From positions 3,066 through 47,447 of the forward strand of contig MGXQ01000064.1 in NCBI GenBank assembly GCA_001801405.1: a DNA stretch of 44,382 nucleotides, written 5' to 3'. Below, piece by piece: positions 34,411-44,015 of the stretch. Origin of the DNA: Gammaproteobacteria bacterium RIFCSPHIGHO2_02_FULL_42_13. GTDB taxonomy: Bacteria > Pseudomonadota > Gammaproteobacteria > UBA12402. The notes under the pieces are model-generated. The model was given only the letters and a program-made list of their open reading frames with translations, was not told the origin of the DNA and ran no database searches. Position numbers and translations under genes: made by a program. How positions within the stretch are numbered: the first letter of the stretch is position 1; every line of letters starts with the position of its first letter.

Positions 34411-36030
34411 ATGCCCATTCACAAAATTGATTTACTCAACATTATTAGGCAACAATATGACGAACGAAAAGGCGCAATACGCAAACGATTAAACACTCGT
34501 TCATTCGGCATGAAAAAACTATTTAACATCATCGATGCATTTCCCGATGGTGATCTCTCACAAAAAGATTTAATCAAAATTCTGAATGGAATTTTCGGCC
34601 TTTCGTCTTGGAATCGTAATACACTAACCGGCGAAATTGCGAACCAAATGAGAGAGCATATTCTCTGTCAATTAGATACTCACTTGCATCGCATATTTTT
34701 TCTCGACAACTGGACAGCCCTATCGCTCGGCAAAGGCGCGGCTGAAGATAATTTTTCGATCGGTTTTGCAAAAAGTTTATTAGCTCGAATCCTCACTCTA
34801 GTAAACAAAGATGAAAAAGAAATATTCCGAGAAGAATTTATCAAAATTTTAGAACGCAATCCTAACTTGCGTATGGCAATATTATCAGAAACCACACAAC
34901 ATACTCATGAAATACAACAGCGGGCGCAACGTGCCATTAAAAATTTACTCGATGGCGACCCGATACTCGCAACACTCGTACATAAAACATTTAAGCGCGC
35001 CAACAAACAGTTATTCGAGGAACATAGGCAAAGCTGGGCCAGACGCGGTTTAACGAACGCCGAGCAAATTTTCTCATCCCTCAAAACCGATACCGCACGC
35101 AACGAATTTGCCACTCATTTGTTAGCACAGCCGCTCGATCCCAATATGGAACTCGATATTGTCGCGGCAGATGGGAAGTTATGCCAAACAATACTGACCA
35201 GCGTCATCCCTATAAATGAGTCACGACATCTTTATTTTCAAGCTCGCAATCGACAAATTCACTCTCAAAATGACATTAAAAACACACTCGGTTTTTCCAA
35301 AATATCCCCCAACTCCATTCCCGCTGCGCTCGCTGCTGTCGTATTGCGCGTTAAATCACTCTGGAAACAAGTCGAGCCATCCTGGTGGGATAATTTTCGT
35401 CATTTGGTAGGCTGGGAATCAGAACATATCTCGACGTTGCGTAAAAATAACCCTTTATTTGAAATCGCACTGGACTCGCCTAAAAATAAATTAAATTCAT
35501 TATATAGAGCATTTTGCAATAGCGCTCTGAGCCATCCAGATCGATCTGTTATCGCACATCACTTATGCGAAACATTGTTAGCTGAAACAACCCACGCTAA
35601 TTTTACCGCCTGGATGACGCGAACTGATTTAGAAAATCAACAGTTGCTCGCTTACGCTTTAACCGTCGGTCGCTATCGCTTAATATTATCACTACATCAT
35701 GGCGTAGCGGATTTGCGAGAACTACTTCCGACATCTGATTTACAAACAGCAATTAATCACATGGGGGACAATGTGGATCCATTTATTCAATCCAAAATAC
35801 CGCCAATCAGGGAGCCTTTGCGCACACGCGTAAAACCTGTCATTCCTGGATTGAGCTCTGCCTTTATGAGATGCGGTTTAGGCGCAGGTCGCGACACCCA
35901 TCCAACCGTTGAACAAGATGAACCTGCTGCTGGCGCTACGGCTGATACAGCTTCGCCACATCCTCAACCCGCCCCGGCAAGCAAAAACCCACATGCACCG
36001 CTTTTAGCAAGATCAACTCACTCTCGCTAA
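34411..36030 (+). CDS. orphan 539-aa protein with no recognisable domain and a Pro/Ala-rich GC-rich C-terminal tail; effector-like
   Basis: A long uninterrupted ORF with AGGA 8 nt upstream. It is bracketed by direct repeat doublets and preceded by the MITE. Confidence 0.6.
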   Translation: MPIHKIDLLNIIRQQYDERKGAIRKRLNTRSFGMKKLFNIIDAFPDGDLSQKDLIKILNGIFGLSSWNRNTLTGEIANQMREHILCQLDTHLHRIFFLDNWTALSLGKGAAEDNFSIGFAKSLLARILTLVNKDEKEIFREEFIKILERNPNLRMAILSETTQHTHEIQQRAQRAIKNLLDGDPILATLVHKTFKRANKQLFEEHRQSWARRGLTNAEQIFSSLKTDTARNEFATHLLAQPLDPNMELDIVAADGKLCQTILTSVIPINESRHLYFQARNRQIHSQNDIKNTLGFSKISPNSIPAALAAVVLRVKSLWKQVEPSWWDNFRHLVGWESEHISTLRKNNPLFEIALDSPKNKLNSLYRAFCNSALSHPDRSVIAHHLCETLLAETTHANFTAWMTRTDLENQQLLAYALTVGRYRLILSLHHGVADLRELLPTSDLQTAINHMGDNVDPFIQSKIPPIREPLRTRVKPVIPGLSSAFMRCGLGAGRDTHPTVEQDEPAAGATADTASPHPQPAPASKNPHAPLLARSTHSR

Positions 36031-36034
36031 TCGC

Positions 36035-36097
36035 CCACGCAGCTCTGAGCTGCTACAAGATAGGCCGCGACTGGATTAGAGCAGCTCAGAGCTGCTC
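36035..36097. repeat. REPIN-like doublet, a direct copy of 34105-34170
   Basis: Cores lie at 36039-36053 and 36081-36095. Confidence 0.85.
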
Positions 36098-36162
36098 ATT
36101 GTGCCTAAAACGCGAATTCGTTATAATGCAAACATCGCATCTAATGAATAGGATATGCACCG

Positions 36163-37068
36163 GTGTTTACATCAAAAAAACCTCAGACCTTTCAGGACAT
36201 GATCTTGGCGCTCCAAGCCTACTGGGCAAAACAAGGTTGTATGATCACACAACCACTCGACATGCCCGTCGGTGCGGGGACTTTTCATCCGTCGACTTTC
36301 TTGCGCGCAATCGGACCCGAACCTTGGCGCACAGCATTTGTACAACCCTGCCGTCGCCCGACGGATGGTCGTTATGGTGACAATCCCAATCGCACACAAC
36401 ATTACTATCAATTTCAAGTAATTCTAAAACCCTCACCCGAAGATATTCAAAAACTTTATTTAAATTCCATCACGGCACTCAGCATCGATCCGAAACAATG
36501 CGATATCCGATTTATGGAAGACAATTGGGAATCACCAACACTCGGCGCATGGGGACTCGGCTGGGAAGTTTGGTTGGATGGCATGGAAATTTCACAATTC
36601 ACTTATTTTCAACAAGTGGGTGGCTTAGACTGCAAGCCAGTCACTGGTGAACTCACCTACGGACTCGAGCGCATCGCCATGTATTTACAAAATGCCGACA
36701 GCATGTTCGATATTCTGTGGTCGCATACACCGCGCGTTACCTACGGCGATATTTTTAAACAAAATGAAATTGAAATGTCTGCTTACAATTTTGAATATGC
36801 CGATGTCAACGCATTATTAAAACAATTTGATAATAGTGAAGCACAATGCAAAACATTGCTTGAAAATAAATTGCCCTTACCCGCTTATGAAATGATATTA
36901 AACGCATCACATGCATTTAATTTATTGGATGCGCGTCATGCGATTTCGGCAACAGAACGTCAACAATATATGCTGCGCATTCGCACGCTCGCCAAAGCGG
37001 TGGCGGAGCAATATTATGCATCTCGCGAAACGCTTGGATTTCCATTACTTAAAAAAGATGAAGCATGA
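36163..37068 (+). CDS. glyQ: glycine--tRNA ligase alpha subunit
   Basis: GTG start. 301 aa nearly collinear with E. coli GlyQ ([40 protein letters not shown]). Confidence 0.95.
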   Translation: MFTSKKPQTFQDMILALQAYWAKQGCMITQPLDMPVGAGTFHPSTFLRAIGPEPWRTAFVQPCRRPTDGRYGDNPNRTQHYYQFQVILKPSPEDIQKLYLNSITALSIDPKQCDIRFMEDNWESPTLGAWGLGWEVWLDGMEISQFTYFQQVGGLDCKPVTGELTYGLERIAMYLQNADSMFDILWSHTPRVTYGDIFKQNEIEMSAYNFEYADVNALLKQFDNSEAQCKTLLENKLPLPAYEMILNASHAFNLLDARHAISATERQQYMLRIRTLAKAVAEQYYASRETLGFPLLKKDEA

Positions 37069-39167
37069 CAAAGAAAGCCAACTTGTTGCTCGAAATTTTA
37101 ACCGAAGAGCTACCGCCAAAAAATTTGACGCGACTCGCCATGAGCCTTAAAGAATCTATTGCCGAAGGTTTAAAAACATCGGGGTTTGAATATGAACTCG
37201 ACGACGTATTGCTTGCCACGCCGCGTCGATTAGCTGTTATTTTAAATAACGTCACGGCCAAACAACCCGATCAAGTCATCGAGCGAAAAGGCCCGTTGAC
37301 GTCTATCGCATTTTTTCCCGACGGCGCGCCCAAACCACAAGCAACAGGGTTTGCAAAATCATGCGACGTATCTGTCGAACAACTCGAACGACTTGACACG
37401 CCCAAAGGTGAATGTTTATATTTTAAAAAAACCGAATCCGGAAAATCAATTTTTGATTGTTTACCAGACATTGTCACCGAAGCAATAAAAAAATTACCCA
37501 TCAAAAAACAAATGCGCTGGGGCGATCATGACATTACTTTTGAACGACCGGTGCATGGCATTATGTTGATGTATGGCCGAAAAATTGTGCCTGGCATCAT
37601 TTTAGAAAAAACCACCAGCAATAAAACACAAGGCCATCGTTTTTATAACCTATCGCCCATCACTATTTCATCACCCAAAGCCTATGTTAAAACACTCAAA
37701 AAATATGCGCATGTATTCGTAGATTTCAACGAACGAAAAAACATCATTCGAACACAAGCCATCCATGCAACCCAGCGTATTGGCTCCCCGGTAATCAGCG
37801 ACGCATTATTAGATGAAGTGACCGCCTCCACCGAATGGCCGCTAGCGCTGTTAGCCAACTTTTCAAACGATTTTTTAAGTTTACCAAAAGAAGTATTGAT
37901 CGCCTCGATGGAAAAACATCAGCGCTGTTTTCCGGTCGTTGATCAATATAATCAATTACTACCACATTTTATTACGACCGCCAACATCAAACCATATCGC
38001 ACAAAATATATTATCCGCGGCAATGAGCGCGTGATGCGCGCACGCCTTTCGGATGCAAAATTCTTTTATGAAACAGACTTGAAACATCCGCTCAACATGT
38101 ATGTCGAGCAATTAGGTCATGTGGTTTTTCAAAAACAACTCGGAACATTATTAAATAAAACTCAACGTCTACAAAAATTGTCGAGTTATATCGCAAAACA
38201 ATTAAAAATTAAAACCACTGATATTGAGCGCGCCGCTTTGCTTTCTAAAACAGATCTGATGACGAGCATGGTTGGCGAATTTCCCGAATTACAAGGCATC
38301 ATGGGCGAATATTACGCGCAAAATGACAACGAGCCCGAAACCGTTGCGATCGCATTAAAAGAGCAATATATGCCCCGTTTTTCGACAGATGACCTACCCA
38401 AAACAGAGACCGGCCAAACGCTCGCCATTGCGGATCGCATTGACACGCTCGTCGGCATGTTTGGCATCAATCAAATTCCCACGGGCACCAAAGATCCGTT
38501 TGCATTGCGTCGTGCCGCATTCGGGTTGATTCGTATTATGATTGAAAATGAATTGCATTTAAATTTAAATGAATTAATCAAAGAAACCTATAACATCTAC
38601 AAACATTCCGATCATCCGCTACCAAAAGAACATCTCGGCGTCACGCTCGGCGCATTTATTTTAGATCGTTTAGCAACATGGTCTCAGCAAAACGGCTTTA
38701 CGCTCGACCAACATAATGCAACGCTCGGCGGGCCGATTTGGCACGAAGATTTAGTCTTATTTCATGCGCGTCTAAAAGCCGTTCAACATTTTGCAACATT
38801 GCCCGAAGCAGAAAGTTTAGCCGCCGCAAACAAGCGCGTTAAAAACATACTTATTAAAAATGAAGCGGACATATTAAAACACGCATTTAAAATGGATCTT
38901 TTGAAAGAATCAGCCGAAATTCAGCTCGCGCGCGACATCAGCAAAAAAATTGAAGCGGCAGATGCGTTTGAAAAAAATCGTGATTACACCGGATTATTAA
39001 TTGACCTTGCTAAATTGCGCGACCCCGTCGATCGATTTTTCGAAACCGTCATGGTGATGGATGAGGATCCAAAGCTACAACAAAATCGATTAGCACTCTT
39101 GGTAAAACTGCGCGAACTCTTCTTAAAAGTCGCCGACATTTCTTTATTGCAGATTGGCGCATCATGA
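37065..39167 (+). CDS. glyS: glycine--tRNA ligase beta subunit
   Basis: 700 aa. Has [12 protein letters not shown] at the N-terminus. Its ATGA start/stop overlaps glyQ. Confidence 0.95.
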   Translation: MTKKANLLLEILTEELPPKNLTRLAMSLKESIAEGLKTSGFEYELDDVLLATPRRLAVILNNVTAKQPDQVIERKGPLTSIAFFPDGAPKPQATGFAKSCDVSVEQLERLDTPKGECLYFKKTESGKSIFDCLPDIVTEAIKKLPIKKQMRWGDHDITFERPVHGIMLMYGRKIVPGIILEKTTSNKTQGHRFYNLSPITISSPKAYVKTLKKYAHVFVDFNERKNIIRTQAIHATQRIGSPVISDALLDEVTASTEWPLALLANFSNDFLSLPKEVLIASMEKHQRCFPVVDQYNQLLPHFITTANIKPYRTKYIIRGNERVMRARLSDAKFFYETDLKHPLNMYVEQLGHVVFQKQLGTLLNKTQRLQKLSSYIAKQLKIKTTDIERAALLSKTDLMTSMVGEFPELQGIMGEYYAQNDNEPETVAIALKEQYMPRFSTDDLPKTETGQTLAIADRIDTLVGMFGINQIPTGTKDPFALRRAAFGLIRIMIENELHLNLNELIKETYNIYKHSDHPLPKEHLGVTLGAFILDRLATWSQQNGFTLDQHNATLGGPIWHEDLVLFHARLKAVQHFATLPEAESLAAANKRVKNILIKNEADILKHAFKMDLLKESAEIQLARDISKKIEAADAFEKNRDYTGLLIDLAKLRDPVDRFFETVMVMDEDPKLQQNRLALLVKLRELFLKVADISLLQIGAS

Positions 39168-39727
39168 AAAAATTAATTATTCTCGATCGTGATGGAGTCA
39201 TCAACAAGGAATCCGCTGCGTATATCAAATCACCCGATGAATGGATCCCGATTACCGGTAGCTTAGAAGCCATTGCGCAATTAAATAAAGCAAATTTTAC
39301 TGTCGTGGTCGCGTCAAATCAATCCGGCGTAGGTCGAGGTCTTTTCTCGCCAGAAACCTTAGAACAAATTCATCAAAAAATGCAGCGCGCATTAAAAAAA
39401 TACGGCGGCCATATCGATAAAATTTATTTTTGTCCGCATACGCCTGATGATCATTGCAAATGCCGAAAACCGAAAAGCGGTTTGTTCGATCAAATTAAAA
39501 AAGATTATGATATCAATTTAAAAAAAATCTATGCGGTTGGTGATTCAAAACGTGATTTAGATGCTGCGAAAGCATGCAAAAAGATTCTTGTCTTAACCGG
39601 TCACGGGAAAGAAACACTAGACGAAAATCCAGCTATTATAAAAACAGTCACCGTAAAAAATAATTTGGCGGCAGCGGCTGCATTTATCTTGTCATCCCCG
39701 GCTGCGCGTTCCGCACACCGGGAATGA
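39164..39727 (+). CDS. gmhB: D-glycero-beta-D-manno-heptose-1,7-bisphosphate 7-phosphatase (HAD-IIIA)
   Basis: Has ILDRDGVIN, NQSGVGRG and the Zn site CPHTPDDHCKCRKP. Follows glyQS as in many gammaproteobacteria. The last 12 codons lie in a palindromic repeat. Confidence 0.8.
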   Translation: MKKLIILDRDGVINKESAAYIKSPDEWIPITGSLEAIAQLNKANFTVVVASNQSGVGRGLFSPETLEQIHQKMQRALKKYGGHIDKIYFCPHTPDDHCKCRKPKSGLFDQIKKDYDINLKKIYAVGDSKRDLDAAKACKKILVLTGHGKETLDENPAIIKTVTVKNNLAAAAAFILSSPAARSAHRE

Positions 39728-39728
39728 C
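39691..39728. repeat. single GTCATCCCCGG...CCGGGAATGAC palindromic unit
   Basis: An inverted repeat whose right arm contains the gmhB TGA stop. It lies 7 nt from the convergent M50 protease stop. Confidence 0.6.
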
Positions 39729-39734
39729 AAACAA

Positions 39735-40394
39735 TCAATATAATCCAAATAAATTAAACAAAATATTTATCAACTGCATCGCTGGACTTAATAACATACT
39801 CAGTACGCCAGTCACAATTAATAACACCAAAATATAAAATCCATACGGTTCGATGCGATCATATTGATAGGCCATTTTTCCTGGCAACAAACTCGATACA
39901 ATTTTTGCACCGTCGAGCGGCGGCAAAGGAATTAAATTTAGGACGCCTAAAATACAATTAATAATGATGCCAGCTTGCCCCATTAAAATAATGGGATATA
40001 AATTTGGCATACCCTGTGCAACGAATAATTTACCCGCAAAACCAATACCGCCCCAAACAAATGCCATCAAAAAATTTGATACAGGGCCCGCCAACGAAAC
40101 CCAAATAATATCACGACGCGGATGACGAAAATTGCGCGGATTGATCGGCACTGGTTTTGCCCAGCCAAACATAAATCCACCCAAGTATAACAATGCCAAG
40201 GGCACAACGATGGTGCCAATGAGATCAATATGCTTAAACGGGTTAATCGTCACGCGACCCAAAAACTGCGCCGTCTTATCGCCCGCTTTCGACGCCACCC
40301 AGCCATGCGCAACCTCATGTATCGTGACCGCAAACAAAACAGGCAATGACCAAATGGCGATGCTTTGCATGATATTCAGTTGCATAAGACCCAT
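39735..40394 (-). CDS. site-2 protease family (peptidase M50) membrane metalloprotease
   Basis: 219 aa, polytopic, with the HEVAHG (HExxH) motif in the first TM region and an LDG motif later. Confidence 0.75.
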   Translation of the reverse strand: MGLMQLNIMQSIAIWSLPVLFAVTIHEVAHGWVASKAGDKTAQFLGRVTINPFKHIDLIGTIVVPLALLYLGGFMFGWAKPVPINPRNFRHPRRDIIWVSLAGPVSNFLMAFVWGGIGFAGKLFVAQGMPNLYPIILMGQAGIIINCILGVLNLIPLPPLDGAKIVSSLLPGKMAYQYDRIEPYGFYILVLLIVTGVLSMLLSPAMQLINILFNLFGLY

Positions 40395-40473
40395 ATTTTA
40401 TTCCCTCTAGTGATTGGCTAATTTATGACAATATCGTATACTGATTCTAACATAAATAGGGGGGAATTAGACT

Positions 40474-40878
40474 ATGCGCAGATTTGTATTAATTTTGTTC
40501 GGTGCAATAATTATTTTACCTTTTACTGCCTGGGCAGTATGGCAAGTCGCCAACCCAGTGCGCAGCGATTCATCATCCAACAGCATCGTCAATCCCGCAT
40601 TAGGCAAGAGTGATTACCCCTCTAATTACACCATGCGCCCCGCATTTAATGTTCATCTCAGCAATGCATCCTTGCAAATTAATATTGAAAAATTCGCGGC
40701 AGCACATCAATGGAATGTCATCTGGCGAACAACTCAACAGTTTCCCGTTTTAAATCGATCGCCCATTTCGGGATCGACTTTTCCGATTACACTCAATCGT
40801 TTATTAGAGCATTATCCCTTGTACGCACAATATGACATGAAAACGAAAACGGTTTGGATTTTTCCGAAGAAAAAATAA
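40474..40878 (+). CDS. secreted protein with a TcpQ/PilL-like C-terminal domain (tentative)
   Basis: Signal peptide MRRFVLILFGAIIILPFTAWA. LQINIEKFAAAHQWNVIW...FPITLNRLLE resembles the TcpQ-type pattern as I recall it. Confidence 0.4.
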   Translation: MRRFVLILFGAIIILPFTAWAVWQVANPVRSDSSSNSIVNPALGKSDYPSNYTMRPAFNVHLSNASLQINIEKFAAAHQWNVIWRTTQQFPVLNRSPISGSTFPITLNRLLEHYPLYAQYDMKTKTVWIFPKKK

Positions 40879-40881
40879 ATA

Positions 40882-41022
40882 CTATTTTTTAGGCGGTGTT
40901 TTGACATGGGCCGTCTTGCTCGGCGCTTTTTTAACAACTTTTGGCGGCGACGGCAGATACAGTGGACCGCTCTGTCCACAGCCAACTAAAGAAAGCGATA
41001 AAAATAAAATAATAAAACGCAT
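40882..41022 (-). CDS. lptM: small lipoprotein LptM (YifL)-like, 46 aa; below the ORF-track size cutoff
   Basis: The manual translation is MRFIILFLSLSLVGCGQSGPLYLPSPPKVVKKAPSKTAHVKTPPKK. It has the lipobox LVGC and the GCGQxGPLYLP signature of LptM/YifL. Confidence 0.65.
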   Translation of the reverse strand: MRFIILFLSLSLVGCGQSGPLYLPSPPKVVKKAPSKTAHVKTPPKK

Positions 41023-41099
41023 TAAGATACCTACTATTATGATTGCAATAAATTTTCTGAACGTTCATTATAACCCTCTCTAGCAACACGAGACAACTC

Positions 41100-41771
41100 A
41101 TGATTAAATTATTACCGTACATCGAAATCAATCCAAACATCGCTCCTATTGCGAGTGTTATCTGGCTGCATGGATTAGGCGCAGACGGTCACGATTTTGA
41201 ACCCATTGTTGCCGACTTAAAGTTACCCAAAAATCTGCCGATACGCTTTGTTTTCCCCACTGCGCCTGATCGCGCCATCACCATTAATCAGGGGATGATC
41301 ATGTCCGCATGGTATGACATCGCACAGCTGGATCCCAATAAACATGATGAAAAAGGGATTTTTGAATCTGAAAAAATGATTGGTCAACTCATTGAACATG
41401 AAACAGCACGCGGCATTCCATCCGATAAAATCATCTTGGCCGGATTTTCACAAGGCGGCGTCATTGCATTACATACGGGTTTGCGTTATCCGAAAAAATT
41501 GGCGGGGATTTTAGCACTGTCGGCATATTTACCCCTCGGCGAAAGATTAAAAACAGAACGCTCAAAAGAAAATATTAATACGCCGATTTTTATGGTGCAT
41601 GGTATCACGGATAATATTATTCCTATTCAATTTGCACGATTGTCTTATAATGTATTAAAACAATTAAACTACAAAATTGCTTGGCATGACTACCCCATGG
41701 AACATAGCGTCTGCACAGAAGAAGTGAATGATATCAGTCAATGGCTGCAAGCAATTTATTTCACTTCGTGA
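41100..41771 (+). CDS. alpha/beta-hydrolase carboxylesterase/phospholipase (YpfH/EstB family)
   Basis: 223 aa with [12 protein letters not shown], the nucleophile elbow GFSQGG, and a C-terminal HS. Confidence 0.8.
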   Translation: MIKLLPYIEINPNIAPIASVIWLHGLGADGHDFEPIVADLKLPKNLPIRFVFPTAPDRAITINQGMIMSAWYDIAQLDPNKHDEKGIFESEKMIGQLIEHETARGIPSDKIILAGFSQGGVIALHTGLRYPKKLAGILALSAYLPLGERLKTERSKENINTPIFMVHGITDNIIPIQFARLSYNVLKQLNYKIAWHDYPMEHSVCTEEVNDISQWLQAIYFTS

Positions 41772-42793
41772 TGCGAATACACCTCGTTGAGCTGTTGCGT
41801 TACGCGAATAAATGTTGTGCGCTTAGATAATTCTTTTAAACTACACGCGCCAACATATGCGCAAGCGGATCGCAATCCACCTAAAATATCGAACACCGTG
41901 TTTTCAATCGCGCCACGATAAGGAATATCAACCGATCGACCCTCGCTCGCACGATAATCTGAAATCTCACCATAATATTTTTGCATCGCTTCCGCAGAAC
42001 TCATGCCATAAAAACGCTTAAATTTACGGTCATTTTTTTCTTCGATATCACCGGCACATTCATCATGACCCGCAAACATCCCACCTAACATCACAAAATC
42101 AGCACCCGCCGCAAATGCTTTTGCAATATCGCCCGGCACCACACAACCGCCATCCGCGCACACATGTCCTTTTAGCCCATGTGCCGCATCGGCGCATTCA
42201 ATAATCGCAGAAAGCTGCGGATAACCAACACCCGTTTTTGTACGCGTGACACAAACCGATCCGGGACCAATACCCACTTTCACAATGTCGGCACCAGCAA
42301 TGACTAACTCTTCCGTCATTTCGCCAGTCACCACGTTGCCGGCCATAATAATTTTATTGGGAAATGCTTCGCGCGTTCGCTTTAAAAAATCGACAAAATG
42401 TTGTGAATAACCATTTGCAATATCTAAACAAATGAGCGATGTGTTGGTCGTTTTTAGTATTGTCGTTAAGCGTTCAAAATCCTCTTTGCGCGTACCCGAT
42501 GTCACAAAACAATGTTTTAATGTTTCTTTATCAAGCGCTTGCCAATCTTTTGCATCGGCAAATTTATAAATAGCCGTTAACAATTTATGTTTTGCGAGCG
42601 CTTTCGCAACTGCAAACGTGCCCGTGTGATCCATATTCGCCGCAATAATCGGTATCCCTTGCCACGTCAAACCGCAACGAAAAAATTTGTATTCTCGAAT
42701 GAGATCCACTTCAGAACGGGAATTTAACGTGCTGCGCTTGGGCCGAATTAACACATCCTTAAAATCTAATTTGATATCTTCATCAATACGCAT
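41756..42793 (-). CDS. guaC: GMP reductase
   Basis: Start set at [21 protein letters not shown], collinear with E. coli GuaC. The active site is [11 protein letters not shown]. Confidence 0.9.
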   Translation of the reverse strand: MRIDEDIKLDFKDVLIRPKRSTLNSRSEVDLIREYKFFRCGLTWQGIPIIAANMDHTGTFAVAKALAKHKLLTAIYKFADAKDWQALDKETLKHCFVTSGTRKEDFERLTTILKTTNTSLICLDIANGYSQHFVDFLKRTREAFPNKIIMAGNVVTGEMTEELVIAGADIVKVGIGPGSVCVTRTKTGVGYPQLSAIIECADAAHGLKGHVCADGGCVVPGDIAKAFAAGADFVMLGGMFAGHDECAGDIEEKNDRKFKRFYGMSSAEAMQKYYGEISDYRASEGRSVDIPYRGAIENTVFDILGGLRSACAYVGACSLKELSKRTTFIRVTQQLNEVYSHHEVK

Positions 42794-42857
42794 AAACAGA
42801 TCCTCATCAATAAAAACCGATTGTATCAAAAACGAACGGCGAAGTTAAGAACTCACT

Positions 42858-42928
42858 CTGCGCCAGCTCTGAGCTGATATCAGGCGCGCTGTGACTGCGT
42901 TTTATAGCCATCGCCAGCTCAGAGCAGT
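42858..42928. repeat. REPIN-like doublet CAGCTCTGAGCTG - 37 nt - CAGCTCAGAGC
   Basis: Cores lie at 42864-42876 and 42914-42925. The loop contains the GCTGTGACTG module seen at other loci. Confidence 0.8.
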
Positions 42929-42945
42929 TGACAATTGAAAAAATA

Positions 42946-43224
42946 TTATTTCTTTCTATATATGAAAATCAATACCGTCACAACACTACAAGTGACCATA
43001 CTGAGCATGTAACCAAACGCCAACACATAATCATTATTGAAAAACCCATACAGCACAGCCGCCAACTGAGTCAATAAAAAACCAATAAACATCGTCAGTG
43101 ACAAATTTTCAGACGTTTTATTTTTAAAAATACGAGTGGCTTGCGGCACAAAAAGCAAAGCATTAATAAATAAACCGGCAGCAAAAATAATGTCAATAAT
43201 ATCTCTAAGCCACTGCATAAACAC
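42946..43224 (-). CDS. PQ-loop / SemiSWEET-like 3-TM membrane protein
   Basis: 92 aa with three hydrophobic helices and a PQ motif in TM1 (LLFVPQATRIFKNK). Confidence 0.6.
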   Translation of the reverse strand: MFMQWLRDIIDIIFAAGLFINALLFVPQATRIFKNKTSENLSLTMFIGFLLTQLAAVLYGFFNNDYVLAFGYMLSMVTCSVVTVLIFIYRKK

Positions 43225-43286
43225 CTCTCTCGTTCATATTATAAGAATCCCCGCCGCACGCGGACGGGGTGTTTTTATTTCTTTCA

Positions 43287-43580
43287 TTATTGAAGAATCT
43301 CGTGATGCGTCAAAATAATTTTCTGAAACGACTTGTCAATTGTTGTCCAATCGATAAGATCGACCTTAAAAGTTAAATCCGATTCTGAAAATGCCTCGCG
43401 TAGTTTCGCAAACGTTTCAACAGGCACCGCCTCATCGCTAATAATCGCAAGATCAAGATCAGAAAATTGCTTGTTGCTTCCTGTCACGCGCGACCCAAAC
43501 ACCCAAACAGGATAAGTAGGCGCGTATTGTACCAAAATATCTTTGACGATTTGTAATTCGCGCGCTGTTAAATTAAGCAT
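43287..43580 (-). CDS. minimal nucleotidyltransferase (MNT), antitoxin of a HEPN-MNT (type VII) module
   Basis: 97 aa with the GSRVTGSNKQFSDLDLAI (GSx10-11SDxDL) polbeta-NTase motif. Overlaps the upstream HEPN gene by 8 nt. Confidence 0.8.
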   Translation of the reverse strand: MLNLTARELQIVKDILVQYAPTYPVWVFGSRVTGSNKQFSDLDLAIISDEAVPVETFAKLREAFSESDLTFKVDLIDWTTIDKSFQKIILTHHEILQ

Positions 43581-43974
43581 TACGTTTTTCTAAGCTCTGT
43601 AATAAAAGTTCAGCATCCTTAACAAAATCTAACGCAGTCATATAAACACTTTTCGCCTTATTTGCATTATAAGCGTGCGAGGTAATATTGCGTTGCTCAC
43701 GATAAACAAACCAAGGTTCTATATCGGTCAAAATACCTTTTTCCGCCGCATCACGCAATAAGTCTCTAAATGACAGCTGATCAATAAGACCCGGTGTAGA
43801 CGATTCTTGCTCCAACTGCCTTTTTAACATTTTCCAACTGAGCTCGTATGTATATTCAAAACGCTGGATCACACCATCACGCACTTCTTCATCTTGCCGA
43901 TTTTTTTCTGCACGATTAATGGCCGCCTGTAAGCTCAATAATGCTTTTTGTAATGATGACAAATCTAATTTCAT
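43573..43974 (-). CDS. HEPN-domain protein, HI0074-family (nucleotidyltransferase substrate-binding protein); putative toxin
   Basis: 133 aa with the Rx4H motif RNITSH and QRFEYTYEL typical of the HI0074 family. Confidence 0.8.
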   Translation of the reverse strand: MKLDLSSLQKALLSLQAAINRAEKNRQDEEVRDGVIQRFEYTYELSWKMLKRQLEQESSTPGLIDQLSFRDLLRDAAEKGILTDIEPWFVYREQRNITSHAYNANKAKSVYMTALDFVKDAELLLQSLEKRNA

Positions 43975-44015
43975 AATACCCTCGCAACAGGCGATTATAT
44001 GCCATTCCAGTGGTT

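Noticed and set aside
36099-36436. ORFs 36099..36380 (+), 36172..36417 (-) and 36245..36436 (-) at the start of glyQ.
   Set aside because: They overlap the strongly conserved GlyQ reading frame (GTG 36163) in other frames and have no independent support.
40901-41140. ORFs 40901..41083 (+) and 40931..41140 (-).
   Set aside because: Neither has features of a real protein. A different minus-strand frame encodes a textbook LptM/YifL-like lipoprotein (40882-41022), which better explains the region.
43249-43269. The hairpin CCCCGCCGCACGCGGACGGGG as a rho-independent terminator.
   Set aside because: The strong T-run follows it on the plus strand, where there is no upstream gene. On the minus strand, downstream of the MNT gene, the trailing sequence (ATTCTTAT) is only weakly U-rich. 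The call is plausible but not good enough to list as a feature.
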